Assembly: GCA_963849325.1 (NCBI GenBank) | Contig: CAWKHF010000008.1 | Location: 1-64,000 of the forward strand | Reading direction: 5' to 3' | Source: an uncultured Planctomycetota bacterium | GTDB taxonomy: Bacteria; Planctomycetota; Planctomycetia; Gemmatales; Gemmataceae | Length of the DNA stretch: 64,000 nucleotides | Part shown: positions 20,852 to 30,426 of the stretch, in pieces | Position numbering within the stretch: the first letter of the stretch is position 1 | Layout of the letters: the number at the start of each line of letters is the position of its first letter | Notes under the pieces: model-generated | Database searches by the model: none | What the model saw: only the letters and a program-made list of their open reading frames with translations | What the model was told of the DNA's origin: nothing | Position numbers and translations under genes: made by a program

Positions 20852-21400
20852 TCACTCCGATTCGAGATAGACTTCACGGAACGCTTGCCGAGCACGGGTC
20901 AGCAGCGATTCGACGGCCTTGGGCGATTCGCCGCGCACCTCGGCGATGGCGGCGACGCTCTGCCCGTCGAGATACTTGGCTCGCAAGACGGCCTCGTAAT
21001 GCTCCGGCAAGGCGGCGAGGGTGCGGGCGATGCGCTCGGCCTCTTCGCGCGGCCCGGCGGCATCCGCGACGGCCGGTTCGTGGTCGAGCGGCTGCGTGCG
21101 GCGAGCGCGGCGCGTCTCGCGGCGAAAGTGGTTGCGCAGCAGGTTGGCCGCGATGCCGCGCAGCCACGAGGCGAAGGCGCCGGACGACGGATCGAACGTC
21201 CGCAGTCGCCGCACCGCCGTCAGCCAGGTCTCTTGCACCACCTCGTCGGCCCGGTCGCGCAGACCGCCGCAGCGCCACAGCACATAGGCATGCAAGCCGG
21301 AGAACGCCTCGTCGTACAGCGTCCGCCAGGCGTACTCCTCGCCGGCCAGGACGGCGCGGCGCAACTCCCGTTCGCGCGCGACGCGCTCGTCGGGTTGCAT
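20852..21400 (-). CDS. ECF RNA polymerase sigma-70 factor
   Basis: DEVVQETWL..FDP..F.SWLRGIAAN (region 2); LPEHYEAVL..KY..G.SV..IA...KAVESLLTRAR (region 4). Confidence 0.92.
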   Translation of the reverse strand: MQPDERVARERELRRAVLAGEEYAWRTLYDEAFSGLHAYVLWRCGGLRDRADEVVQETWLTAVRRLRTFDPSSGAFASWLRGIAANLLRNHFRRETRRARRTQPLDHEPAVADAAGPREEAERIARTLAALPEHYEAVLRAKYLDGQSVAAIAEVRGESPKAVESLLTRARQAFREVYLESE

Positions 21401-21519
21401 GACGTGCCTCCGGGCCGTGGGCTATCGGCAATCTATTGTCTCCATGACGCGCGATCCTTCGACACAAGATTTTTTCTTAGAATAACTCCAAGGGAAGCCG
21501 TATCTCCTGGAGATCGAGC

Positions 21520-22244
21520 ATGCGCACGCTGCTGGCCATCCTGATCGGGTTCGCTTCGCTGACGTATGGCACCGTCCGCGCCGCGGAGGAGGAAAAGCTG
21601 CCGGGACCGGGGACGAGCGTGGTCAACAAGGAACGCGGCGAGCTGATTCTGCGGGCCGTGGTGCGACATCCGAGGGACAAGCCGTGCATCGACGACTGGG
21701 GCCAGCGCATCCAGGCGTTCGTCGGTTGCGGCAAAGCAGCCGGCGGCGACGCCAAGATGCTCGGCTATTTCGTGTTCGTCGTCGATGTGCCGACCGAGAC
21801 GGTTTACGACGGCCTGGTGCGGCTCGGCGCCGAAACGCGCGTTCACTACAGCATGGAGGAGGGCCACAAGCACAGCGGCCTGAAAGCGACCACGAAGCCG
21901 GAAGATTACTTGCAGGGCGATCCCGTCGCCCTGTCGATCTTCTGGAAGGACGGCGAACGCTGGGTCGAGCGCCCTATCAGGATTTCGTGCGCGAGCGCGT
22001 CGTGGTGGACGGCAAGCCGGTCGAGAAGCCGTGGACGCCGAGCTTCGTATTTCACGGCAGCGGAGCGATACACAAGTCCGGCACCGGCTGCATCGCCTGT
22101 CCGTGCGACTGTGCCGGCGGACTCATCGCCGACAATCGCTTTCCGCTCTACGATCCCAAGCCCACCGTTCGCTTCGATTGGAGCCAGGCGCCGAAGGTAG
22201 GAACACAGGTTTACGTGCGAATCCGTCCGCTGGCGAGCCGGTAG
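21520..22244 (+). CDS. YdjY-like secreted protein with CxxCxxxC motif (frameshift ~21975)
   Basis: Signal peptide; VYDGLVRLGA, FVFHGS, GCIACPCDCAGGL. Confidence 0.7.
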
Positions 22245-22279
22245 CCGCTCGCGGCCGCGACCATTCGAGGGCACGCCGG

Positions 22280-23201
22280 ATGATGTTCCTCGCACTGGCC
22301 TTGCTCGGCGCCGGCGAAAAACCGCGTCTGCTGAAGGGCCACGACGACAACGTGTATGCCGTCACCTTCTCGCCCGACGGCGCGACGCTGGCCTCGGCGT
22401 CCGGCGACGACACGGCTCGCTTGTGGGACGTGAAGACAGGCCGGGAGCGGGCCGTCCTGCGCGGGCACGGCATGGCGGTCTACGGCGTGGCCTTCTCGGG
22501 CGACGGTCAAACGGTGGCGACGGCCGGCGGCGATCGAATGGTGCGGCTGTGGGACGCCGCCACCGGCAAGGAGCGGCGCGATTCTGCGCGGGCACGGCGC
22601 GGCGGTCTACGCCGTGGCGTTCGCGCCCGACGGCGCGACGTTGGCCTCGGCGTCGGGCGACGGCACGGCTCGCCTGTGGGACGTGAAGACGGGCCGGCCG
22701 CGCGCGGTACACAAGGGCCACACCCGGCCGATCTACGGTCTGGCCTTTTCGCCGTACGGCACTTTGCTGGCGACCGGGGCGGGAGACCGAACCGTCCGCC
22801 TGTGGGAGCCGGTCGGCGGCCGACTGCGGCAGACGCTCGCCGGGCACACGAGCGACGTGTATCGCCTCGCCTTCTCCCCGGACGGCGCGACCCTGGCGAC
22901 CGCGAGCCAGGACAGGACCATCCGTCTGTGGGACGTGGCGACCGGCGAAACGAAGGTCGTCCTCAAGGGCCACCGCGATCCCGTTTACGGCGTGGCCTTC
23001 GCCCCGGACGGAAAAACGCTGGCCTCCGCCGGCGACGACCGGACGGTGCGGCTGTGGGACGCGGCCACGGGGCGAGAGCGAGCGACGTGGACGGGCCACA
23101 CGGATGCGGTGTACGCCGTGGCCTTCGCGCCGGATGGCCGAACGCTGGCCTCGGCCGGAGCGGACCACATTATCCGGCTCTGGCCGGTCCCTCGGCCGTG
23201 A
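22280..23201 (+). CDS. WD40 repeat protein (7 blades; frameshift ~22580)
   Basis: GH..VYAVAF(S/A)PDG.TLASAS.D.T.RLWD repeats. Confidence 0.92.
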
Positions 23202-23310
23202 GCGCCGCGGCGGCGCACCTTGCCGGATTCGGCCGCGAGCCTTAAAGTACATACTCTTCGCCGAGGCCATCGTAAACCGAAGTCGTAACGAGGAGCGCGA
23301 AAGATTGTCC

Positions 23311-24442
23311 ATGCCTGAGGTGCTCGACTGGCGGCGCATCGCCGATCCGCATGCCGTCATCCATTATGCCGTGCAGTCGCTCCGCCTGGGGCGAACCGTC
23401 GCCTTGCCCACGCCAACCGGCTACGCCCTGGCCGCCAGCGGTCTGATGCCCGAAGCGGTCGGCCAGCTGCCGCCCGGCGACAGCGACGAACCGCTGACGT
23501 TGGCCGTGCGCGGCGCGGCCGAGGCGCGCGACTGGGCGCCGACGATGAGTCCGCTGGCCCAGCGTCTGGCTCGCCGCCTGTGGCCGGCCCCGGTGACGCT
23601 GGTCGTCGGCGGCGGCGTCGAGCACGGCCTGGCCAGTCGATTGTCCGAGGACGTGCGCAGCCGCCTTTGCCGCGAGGGAACGCTGCGCCTGTCGGCGGCC
23701 AGTCACGAAGTTATGCGCGAGGTGCTGCGCCACCTGCCCGGCCCGCTGCTGCTCGCCTCCCTGTCCGCCGACGGCGTCGAAGCCGCCGACGCGGAAGCGG
23801 TGATGCGCCGGCCCGGCGCGGGTGGACGTGGTAATCGACGACGGACCTTGCCCGCACGTGCAACCGGCCACGGTCCTCGCGGTCAACGGCGGTGCCTGGC
23901 AGGTGCTGCGCCCCGGCATCGTGTCGGCCGAGCAGGTCCGCCAACAAACGGCGTGCCTGGTCCTGTTCGTCTGCACCGGCAACACCTGTCGCAGTCCGCT
24001 GGCCGAGGCGTTGTGCAAGAAACGCCTAGCCGACCGTCTCGGCTGTGCCGTCGGCGAACTGCCGGCGCGCGGGTTTCACATCCTGTCGGCGGGGCTGTCG
24101 GCGGCGACGGGAAGTCCGGCAGCGGTGGAAGCCGAACAGGTGGCTCGCACCTTCGGCGCCGATCTGTCCGCGCACCGCAGTCAAACCTTGACGCCGGAGC
24201 TGGCCGCCCGTGCTGACTATCTCCTCGGCATGACGCGCAGCCATTTGCACGCTTTGACGGACCACTTCGGCAGTCTGGCGGCCGCGCCGCGTCTGCTCGA
24301 CCCGGCCGGCGACATCGCCGACCCCATCGGCTGCGATCGGCCCGTCTACGAAGAGTGCGGGCAGCAGATCGGACGTTGCCTGGAAACCCTCATCGCCGAA
24401 ATCGCCAACCAGGCGGAAAGCGGAATGCGAAATGCAGAATGA
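23311..24442 (+). CDS. Degenerate Sua5/TsaC-like domain fused to a low-molecular-weight protein-arginine phosphatase (YwlE-like); frameshift ~23810
   Basis: VALPTPTGY, LARRLWPAPVTLV, DVVIDDGP..PATV; C-terminal LFVCTGNTCRSPLAE and DIADPIG. Confidence 0.85.
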
Positions 24443-24472
24443 CAGACAGGAACGGGTGAAGGAGTATTGGCC

Positions 24473-24928
24473 ATGAAGATTGCCATCGGCAGCGACCACC
24501 GCGGCTTCGACGCCAAGGCACGCATCCTCACCGTCCTGCACCAGTTCGGCCACGAGGTCTACGACGCCGGGCCGCACGCTCGGGAGAGCGTGGACTATCC
24601 CGACTTCGCTTTCGAGGTGGCCCGCGCCGTCGGCGAGGGCCGCGCTGAGCGCGGCATCCTCATTTGCGGCACCGGCATCGGCATGTGCATCGCCGCCAAC
24701 AAGGTGCGCCACGTCCGCGCCGCCCCCTGTCACGACTGCGTCACCGCCGAGATGAGCCGGCGGCACAACGACGCCAACGTGCTGTGTCTGTCCGCCGACC
24801 TGCTCGGCGAAGACCTCATCGAGCGCATGGTGCGCATCTGGCTGGAAACACCGTTCGAGGGCGGCCGGCACGCGAGGCGCACGGAAAAAATCATGCAATT
24901 TGAGCGACAAGGCGGCCACAGCTCCTAG
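24473..24928 (+). CDS. rpiB: Ribose-5-phosphate isomerase B
   Basis: IGSDHRG, VDYPD, GILICGTGIGM, HNDANVL, FEGGRHARR. Confidence 0.96.
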   Translation: MKIAIGSDHRGFDAKARILTVLHQFGHEVYDAGPHARESVDYPDFAFEVARAVGEGRAERGILICGTGIGMCIAANKVRHVRAAPCHDCVTAEMSRRHNDANVLCLSADLLGEDLIERMVRIWLETPFEGGRHARRTEKIMQFERQGGHSS

Positions 24929-24953
24929 GCCTGGACGGACTTAGGAGCTGTGG
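24916..24953 (+). terminator. Hairpin overlapping the rpiB stop
   Basis: CCACAGCTCCTA...TAGGAGCTGTGG; no U-tract. Confidence 0.4.
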
Positions 24954-25141
24954 ATAGTGCCCTTGGAAGGCGGCCGACACGGTAGCCGCGTCGAGCTTCC
25001 TTCAATTCGGCCACAGTTTAGGAACCGTGGAGAGGGATCCAGGTTGCCGCCCGTAACGCAGCCAGGGCATGCAGCCAGTATGGCCATTTCCGGCGTCGAT
25101 TCAAGACCTGCGGACGTGTCCCGCAACAAATTCCTCTGCCC

Positions 25142-25576
25142 CTAAAGGGACAGCTGCTTGGTGATCCCCGTCACCGCCGGCTCTTGGGGAAACGCCGGTC
25201 GTTCGGGCGGGTTGTCCGCCGTGGTGCGGCCGCGACGGACGCTGGTCATGAGAAAGCTGGCGAGAAGCGCGGCCGTACTCACCAGAGCGCAGGCGCCCCA
25301 GGCCAGGGCCAGGGCGGCAACCTGGCTGTTGGAGGTCAAGTTGCCTCCTCCCTGAGGACCAAGGACCGAGAAGGAAGTGACCGCCGCCGCCCCGGCCATG
25401 ACGCACGGCACGGTGACGCCGACCAGCCTGCCTGTCTTCTGACGCGCCGTCTCGGGATTGTAATGGGCGTTGATCGTCGCCAACAGGTGGCGTAGCTCGT
25501 CCATGCTGGCCACCTTCAGATTCAGTTTCTTGAGCACCGTCAGCAGTTCGTCCGTGCTCTCAATCATCACGCTCAT
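25142..25576 (-). CDS. Hypothetical membrane protein (2 TM)
   Basis: GAGGTG RBS; two hydrophobic segments. Confidence 0.6.
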   Translation of the reverse strand: MSVMIESTDELLTVLKKLNLKVASMDELRHLLATINAHYNPETARQKTGRLVGVTVPCVMAGAAAVTSFSVLGPQGGGNLTSNSQVAALALAWGACALVSTAALLASFLMTSVRRGRTTADNPPERPAFPQEPAVTGITKQLSL

Positions 25577-25737
25577 ACTCACCTCGCGAGTACAGAGGAA
25601 GGGAACGCGAACCTTTCGAGTAATTCGCCGGCCAACCGCCTTTCTTGTCCGCCGATGTCCCGGACGGTTGGCGGACGCCTTCGTTGGCGGTTTATAGGAC
25701 AGTACAGGATAATTCGTGTCCCTGCGAGTGTTTTCCG

Positions 25738-26628
25738 ATGTTTCGCGCCGTGCGATCGCTTCTGGAGCTGATTCGCTTCAGCCATACCGTCTTCGCGCTG
25801 CCGTTCGCCCTGACCAGCGCCGCGTTGGCCTGGAAGCTGTCCGGCTTCCATTGGCTCCAGCTGATGGGCATTCTGCTGGGCATGGTGTTGGCCCGCAGCG
25901 CCGCCATGTCGTTCAACCGCCTCGCCGATCGCCGCTTCGACGCGCTCAACCCGCGCACGGCCGGGCGTCATCTGCCGGCCGGCCGGTTGTCGGTCGCCGC
26001 CGTCTGGCTGTTCACGCTTGTCTGCGCCGCCGGCTTCCTCGCCTCGACGATGATTTTCCTCGCCTTCGACAACCCCTGGCCGTTGTACCTGTCGCTGCCG
26101 GTCTTGCTGTTCGTCGGTGCGTATTCGTACACGAAGCGGTTCACGTCGCTGTCGCACGTGTGGTTGGGCGCATCGCTCGGCCTGGCGCCGTTGGCGACGT
26201 GGATTGCCATCCGTGGCGTTGTCGGTCTGACGGACCTGGCCGCGCCGCTGGTGCTGGGCGGGTCCGTCCTCTTCTGGGTCGCCGGCTTCGACATCTTCTA
26301 CGCCTGCCAGGACATCGACTTCGACCGCAAGGCTCGTCTGCACAGCATCCCAGCGACCCTGGGCGTCCGCGCCAGTCTGCGCGTGGCGCTAGGGTGTCAT
26401 CTCGTCATGCTCGGTTTGCTGGCGGGTCTCTACTGGGCGGCCGCGCCGAACCTGGGCGCCATCTATCTCGCTGGCGTCGCGGCCGTGGCGCTGCTATTGA
26501 TCTACGAACACTGGCTAGTCCGGCCCGACGATCTCCGCCGCGTCAACCAGGCCTTTTTCCAGGTCAACGGCGTCATCAGTATCGGCCTGTTCGTCGTGGT
26601 CGTGGTGCAACTCGCCTGCGGTGCCTGA
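25738..26628 (+). CDS. ubiA: UbiA-family 4-hydroxybenzoate polyprenyltransferase (MqnP-like subfamily)
   Basis: IRFSHTVFALPFA, ARSAAMSFNRLADRRFDALNPRT, YSYTKRFT, GFDIFYACQD, VNQAFF. Confidence 0.9.
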   Translation: MFRAVRSLLELIRFSHTVFALPFALTSAALAWKLSGFHWLQLMGILLGMVLARSAAMSFNRLADRRFDALNPRTAGRHLPAGRLSVAAVWLFTLVCAAGFLASTMIFLAFDNPWPLYLSLPVLLFVGAYSYTKRFTSLSHVWLGASLGLAPLATWIAIRGVVGLTDLAAPLVLGGSVLFWVAGFDIFYACQDIDFDRKARLHSIPATLGVRASLRVALGCHLVMLGLLAGLYWAAAPNLGAIYLAGVAAVALLLIYEHWLVRPDDLRRVNQAFFQVNGVISIGLFVVVVVQLACGA

Positions 26629-26657
26629 GTCGGCAGCCGCATCCTTCCTCCGCGCCA

Positions 26658-27401
26658 TCACACGTCGTCGGGATTCATGCCCAACTCCCGCAGCCGTGCC
26701 GCCATCCGCTCGGCGCGTTGCTGCGCCGCCTCGGCGCGTTGCTGCGCCGCTTCGATTTTTTCCTGGCTCGTCAACAAGAGTTGCCCGCTGGCATCCCAGC
26801 AGCGCAGCCAGGGTAGGTGTGTGCCCAGATAGGTCCCTTCCCAAATGCCCAGCTCGATACCCAACGGCGCGATGGAATAGCGGCCGCGTTCGTTGGCGGC
26901 CAGCGGTTGGAAGTTCCAGCCCATCATCTGATAGACCTCAAGGCGACCCGGCTCGAACTCCTGGATGACATAATAGGCGGGACGAATGCGGCGTTCGTAG
27001 ATCCAGAATTTGCCCTCCTCTGGAGTGCGGTCGCGTTCCACGCTGCCATCGCCGGAGGCCATCTCGATGAGCAACAACGGCGGAATCATCTCTCGCCAGA
27101 GCACATACGAGCGGCGGACGCGACCCTCCAGCATTTGCGGTACGCCCGGAACGCAGTACCAATCGGGCGACAGGCAGCCGCGCAGCGGCGGGTCGGTGTG
27201 TCGCCAGTAAATGCCGCTATTTTGGCCGATGGCGAACTGCCCGTCCGGGTAGAGCTGTTGCAGTACCGGATAGAGGCAATCCGTCAGCAGGATACTCTGT
27301 GGATGTTCCTGAAAGTTTTCCACGGGAAGGCCATCCGTGTCCGGGAGCTGGGTGTGGTCCGGCAGCGCGGGCGGCACCGGCACCGGCGGAATGAGATTCA
27401 T
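26658..27401 (-). CDS. Uma2 family PD-(D/E)xK endonuclease-like protein
   Basis: PDHTQLPDTDG, SPDW, RRSYVLW, IEMASGDG, KFWIYE; coiled tail. Confidence 0.9.
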   Translation of the reverse strand: MNLIPPVPVPPALPDHTQLPDTDGLPVENFQEHPQSILLTDCLYPVLQQLYPDGQFAIGQNSGIYWRHTDPPLRGCLSPDWYCVPGVPQMLEGRVRRSYVLWREMIPPLLLIEMASGDGSVERDRTPEEGKFWIYERRIRPAYYVIQEFEPGRLEVYQMMGWNFQPLAANERGRYSIAPLGIELGIWEGTYLGTHLPWLRCWDASGQLLLTSQEKIEAAQQRAEAAQQRAERMAARLRELGMNPDDV

Positions 27402-27566
27402 GACTAAATTCTCTCCTCATTGGAGGGTAATTAGGCGCGGACCCTCTTGTCCCTAGTTTCCCGGACGATGCCGGGACCGTCAATCGCATTTCCGCGACGA
27501 TGGGCTACAATGAACGAACCGATTGGTTTGGTGACACGATCCACGGTGAACAGAAGGACTGTTCCA

Positions 27567-28328
27567 ATGGCCCCACTGGTCCCCGATCCGGCCGCAGTGA
27601 ACCCGTCCGAGGCCACCCATCGTCCCGGCAACGGCGAACTGCCCTGCTATCTCGATCCCGACGACATCCCCATCCCCGATCTGGACACGCTGATCACCGA
27701 CGATGGTGCGCCCGTGGATAATTTGTTCGTGGAAAAGCAGTATCGGTTATTGACGGAGCCGTTGAACAACTCCTGGACGCCGCCGGGCGAGGACAAGCGG
27801 TTCCTCGTGGCCAGTGACGTAGGGGTCTTTTCCAAGGCCGCCCTGCCGCCTCTGGCGCCGGACTGCTTTCTCAGCCTGGGCGTGGCTCCCGGCGCGGATC
27901 TGCACGCCAAGGAGAACCGTTCGTATTTCATTTGGCTCGTCGGTAAGCCGCCCGACGTGGTGATCGAGATCGTCTCGGACAGACGCGGCGGCGAAGAGGA
28001 CTTCAAAAGGGATGCCTACGCCCGCATGGGCGTCCTCTTTTACGCTATTTTCGATCCGGTCAATCGTCTGAAAAACGGCGTGCTGCGTTGTGGGGCACTC
28101 AGTCGCGGCAAATTTGAACCGATCGATCCGCGCTGGTTCGCCGAGGTCGGCGTGGGCCTGACACTCTGGGAAGGCGCGTTTGAAGGCTGTTCGGCCACCT
28201 GGCTGCGCTGGTGCGGTCAGGACGGTCGCGTCATTCCCACAAGTGCCGAGCGTGCCGAAGAAGCGAAGCAGACCATCGAGCGCCTAGCGGCCCAGGTGCG
28301 CGCCCTGGGCGGCAAACCCGAAATCTGA
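27567..28328 (+). CDS. Uma2 family endonuclease-like protein
   Basis: ITDDGAPVDN..EKQ, PDCFLSL, GKPPDVVIEIVS, YAIFDP, WLRW. Confidence 0.9.
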   Translation: MAPLVPDPAAVNPSEATHRPGNGELPCYLDPDDIPIPDLDTLITDDGAPVDNLFVEKQYRLLTEPLNNSWTPPGEDKRFLVASDVGVFSKAALPPLAPDCFLSLGVAPGADLHAKENRSYFIWLVGKPPDVVIEIVSDRRGGEEDFKRDAYARMGVLFYAIFDPVNRLKNGVLRCGALSRGKFEPIDPRWFAEVGVGLTLWEGAFEGCSATWLRWCGQDGRVIPTSAERAEEAKQTIERLAAQVRALGGKPEI

Positions 28329-28360
28329 TCGAACCTCCGCAGAACGGTACGAGAGCTCTC

Positions 28361-30337
28361 ATGACCATACCGCGTCCCTTCCCACGCCGCTCCTTCCTGA
28401 AGACCTCGGCTGACGCAGCGGGTAGTGCCGCTGCTTTCGCCGCCCTCGGGAGCGGAGGACCGGACAGGACCAACAAGTTCCTTTCGGCGGCCTTTGTCCT
28501 TCTGGCTTGCCTCGCTCCTTGCCGCGCCGCCGAGACTTTGTACGCCGGCAAACCGTTGGCCTTCTGGCTGGAGGAGTTGAAGAACAGCGACCCGCTCATC
28601 CGCGACGAGGCCATCGCGGTACTGTCCGACGCCGGCCCGGCGGCGCGAGCGGCGCTGCCGCGGCTGGAGGCGCTTCGCAAGGACCAACAACGCCCTGTCC
28701 GCATTCAGGCGGCGTTGGCGCTGTGGCGCATCGCGGGACAGACCGAACCGGCGATCGCGGCGCTGACCGAGGCCCTGCGCGATCCGGCCGCGCCCCATCG
28801 TGCGGAAATGCTGAATCAGCTCGGCCAGCTCGGTAGCGCGGCGGCCGGCAGCACGCCCGTCGTGATCGAACTGCTCCGCGATGCCGACCCCTCCGTGCGA
28901 TCGCAGGCGGGGATGGTGTTGCAGCGCTTCGGCGCGGCGGCCGTGCCCGCGCTTGGGCCTCTGTTGGACAACACGGACCCCCACGTCCGCCGCGACGCCT
29001 GTCAGGCGCTGGGCCTGCTCGGTCTGTCCGCCAAGGACGCCGTGCCGAAACTAACGCTCTGTCTCCAGGACAGCGACCTCAACGTCCGTCAGGAGGCGCT
29101 CGTCACGCTGGGCCGTATCGGCATCTCCGCGCGGGAAGCGGCGCCGGCGATCCTCTCGTTGACGCACGACCCGAACGTCGCGCTCCGCGCCGCCAGCCTC
29201 CAGGCGCTGCGCGAAGTCTTCGCCGACCCCAAGCTGGTGCGGCCGGTTGTACTGGACATCCTCGAAAAAGAAGACGAGGACATCCTCGTGCGCTGCCGAG
29301 CCGTCCGCCTGCTCGCCCACGTCGCCCCGAAGCACCCGGACATCCTGCCGCACGTCCGTGAGCTGCTCAAGCAGCCGGTCGGCCGAACCGATCTGCTCGA
29401 TCTGCTCGCCTCGATGGGACCGGCCGCCGCCCGCGCCGTGCCGGAGTTGACGAAACTGCTGGCCGAAGGCGATCCCCCGCTGCGCCGCCGCGTCATTCAG
29501 GTGCTCGGCGTCATCGGTCCGGCCGCTCGGCCCGCCGTGCCGGCGTTGCTCGAACAGCTGCGTTCCCCGGACTTCTCCACTCGGCAAACCGTGGTGATCG
29601 CGCTGCGAGCCATCGGCGGCGACAGCGAACGGATCGTGCCGGCCGTTCTGGCGGTGGCCAAGCAGGACATGACAACGCGCTCGATGTGCCTGCCGCTGTT
29701 GGCCGACCAAGGACGTAAGGCCGCCGTCGCCGTCCCCTGGCTCGTCGAGGAATTGCGCCGTCCGCCGTCGTATGTCACGGTGCAGATGGCCGAGACGCTG
29801 CACCAAATCGACCCCGAGCGCGCCCGCAAGGACGCGGTGCCCGTCTTGCAAGCCATGCTCAAACCGGCCGGACCCTGGCGCGTGTACGCGGCCATGGCGC
29901 TGCGGCGAATGAAGCCGGACAGCGATGAGGCGCTGAAGACGCTGATCGAGTGCGTCAATGGCTCCGACGTGTACGCCCGCCAGCAAGCCAGCCAGTTCCT
30001 GGGGACGCTGGGTCGATCGGCCCGCGACGCCGTTCCCGCGCTGCGTCGCGCCCTCCGCGATGCGGCGCCGACCAACCGCTTCGCCGCCGCCGTCGCCCTG
30101 TGGAAAATCAGCGGCGAAACCGAGACGACCGTTCCCGTACTGCTGGAAGCGCTCAAGCCGATGCCCGGCAACTATTGGCGGCATCAGGCCGCGCTGCAGC
30201 TGGGCGAGATGGGACCGGCCGTCAAGACGGCGGCGCTGCCGGCGCTGCGGAAGTACCGCGACGACCCCGATCCAGCCGTCCGCAGCAATGTTCTCCAGGC
30301 GATCCAGCGAATCGGGGGGTCCGTCAACAAGGAATGA
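28361..30337 (+). CDS. HEAT/PBS-lyase repeat protein, exported
   Basis: YAGKPLAFW cap; many LG..G.AA..AVP.L...L.D repeats. Confidence 0.9.
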   Translation: MTIPRPFPRRSFLKTSADAAGSAAAFAALGSGGPDRTNKFLSAAFVLLACLAPCRAAETLYAGKPLAFWLEELKNSDPLIRDEAIAVLSDAGPAARAALPRLEALRKDQQRPVRIQAALALWRIAGQTEPAIAALTEALRDPAAPHRAEMLNQLGQLGSAAAGSTPVVIELLRDADPSVRSQAGMVLQRFGAAAVPALGPLLDNTDPHVRRDACQALGLLGLSAKDAVPKLTLCLQDSDLNVRQEALVTLGRIGISAREAAPAILSLTHDPNVALRAASLQALREVFADPKLVRPVVLDILEKEDEDILVRCRAVRLLAHVAPKHPDILPHVRELLKQPVGRTDLLDLLASMGPAAARAVPELTKLLAEGDPPLRRRVIQVLGVIGPAARPAVPALLEQLRSPDFSTRQTVVIALRAIGGDSERIVPAVLAVAKQDMTTRSMCLPLLADQGRKAAVAVPWLVEELRRPPSYVTVQMAETLHQIDPERARKDAVPVLQAMLKPAGPWRVYAAMALRRMKPDSDEALKTLIECVNGSDVYARQQASQFLGTLGRSARDAVPALRRALRDAAPTNRFAAAVALWKISGETETTVPVLLEALKPMPGNYWRHQAALQLGEMGPAVKTAALPALRKYRDDPDPAVRSNVLQAIQRIGGSVNKE

Positions 30338-30352
30338 TGCGAAAATGGATCT

Positions 30353-30404
30353 GAGCCTGAAGCGTTAGCGAAGGAACGATAACCTTCGCTAACGCTTCAG
30401 GCTC
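30353..30404. repeat. REP palindrome family A
   Basis: GAGCCTGAAGCGTTAGCGAAGG / CCTTCGCTAACGCTTCAGGCTC. Confidence 0.9.
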
Positions 30405-30426
30405 GGAAGAGTTTCGTGAGGTACCC

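Noticed and set aside
22280-23201. Diversity-generating or NLR-like system based on the highly similar WD40 repeats
   Set aside because: No reverse transcriptase, template/variable repeat pair or NTPase domain; ordinary WD40 protein
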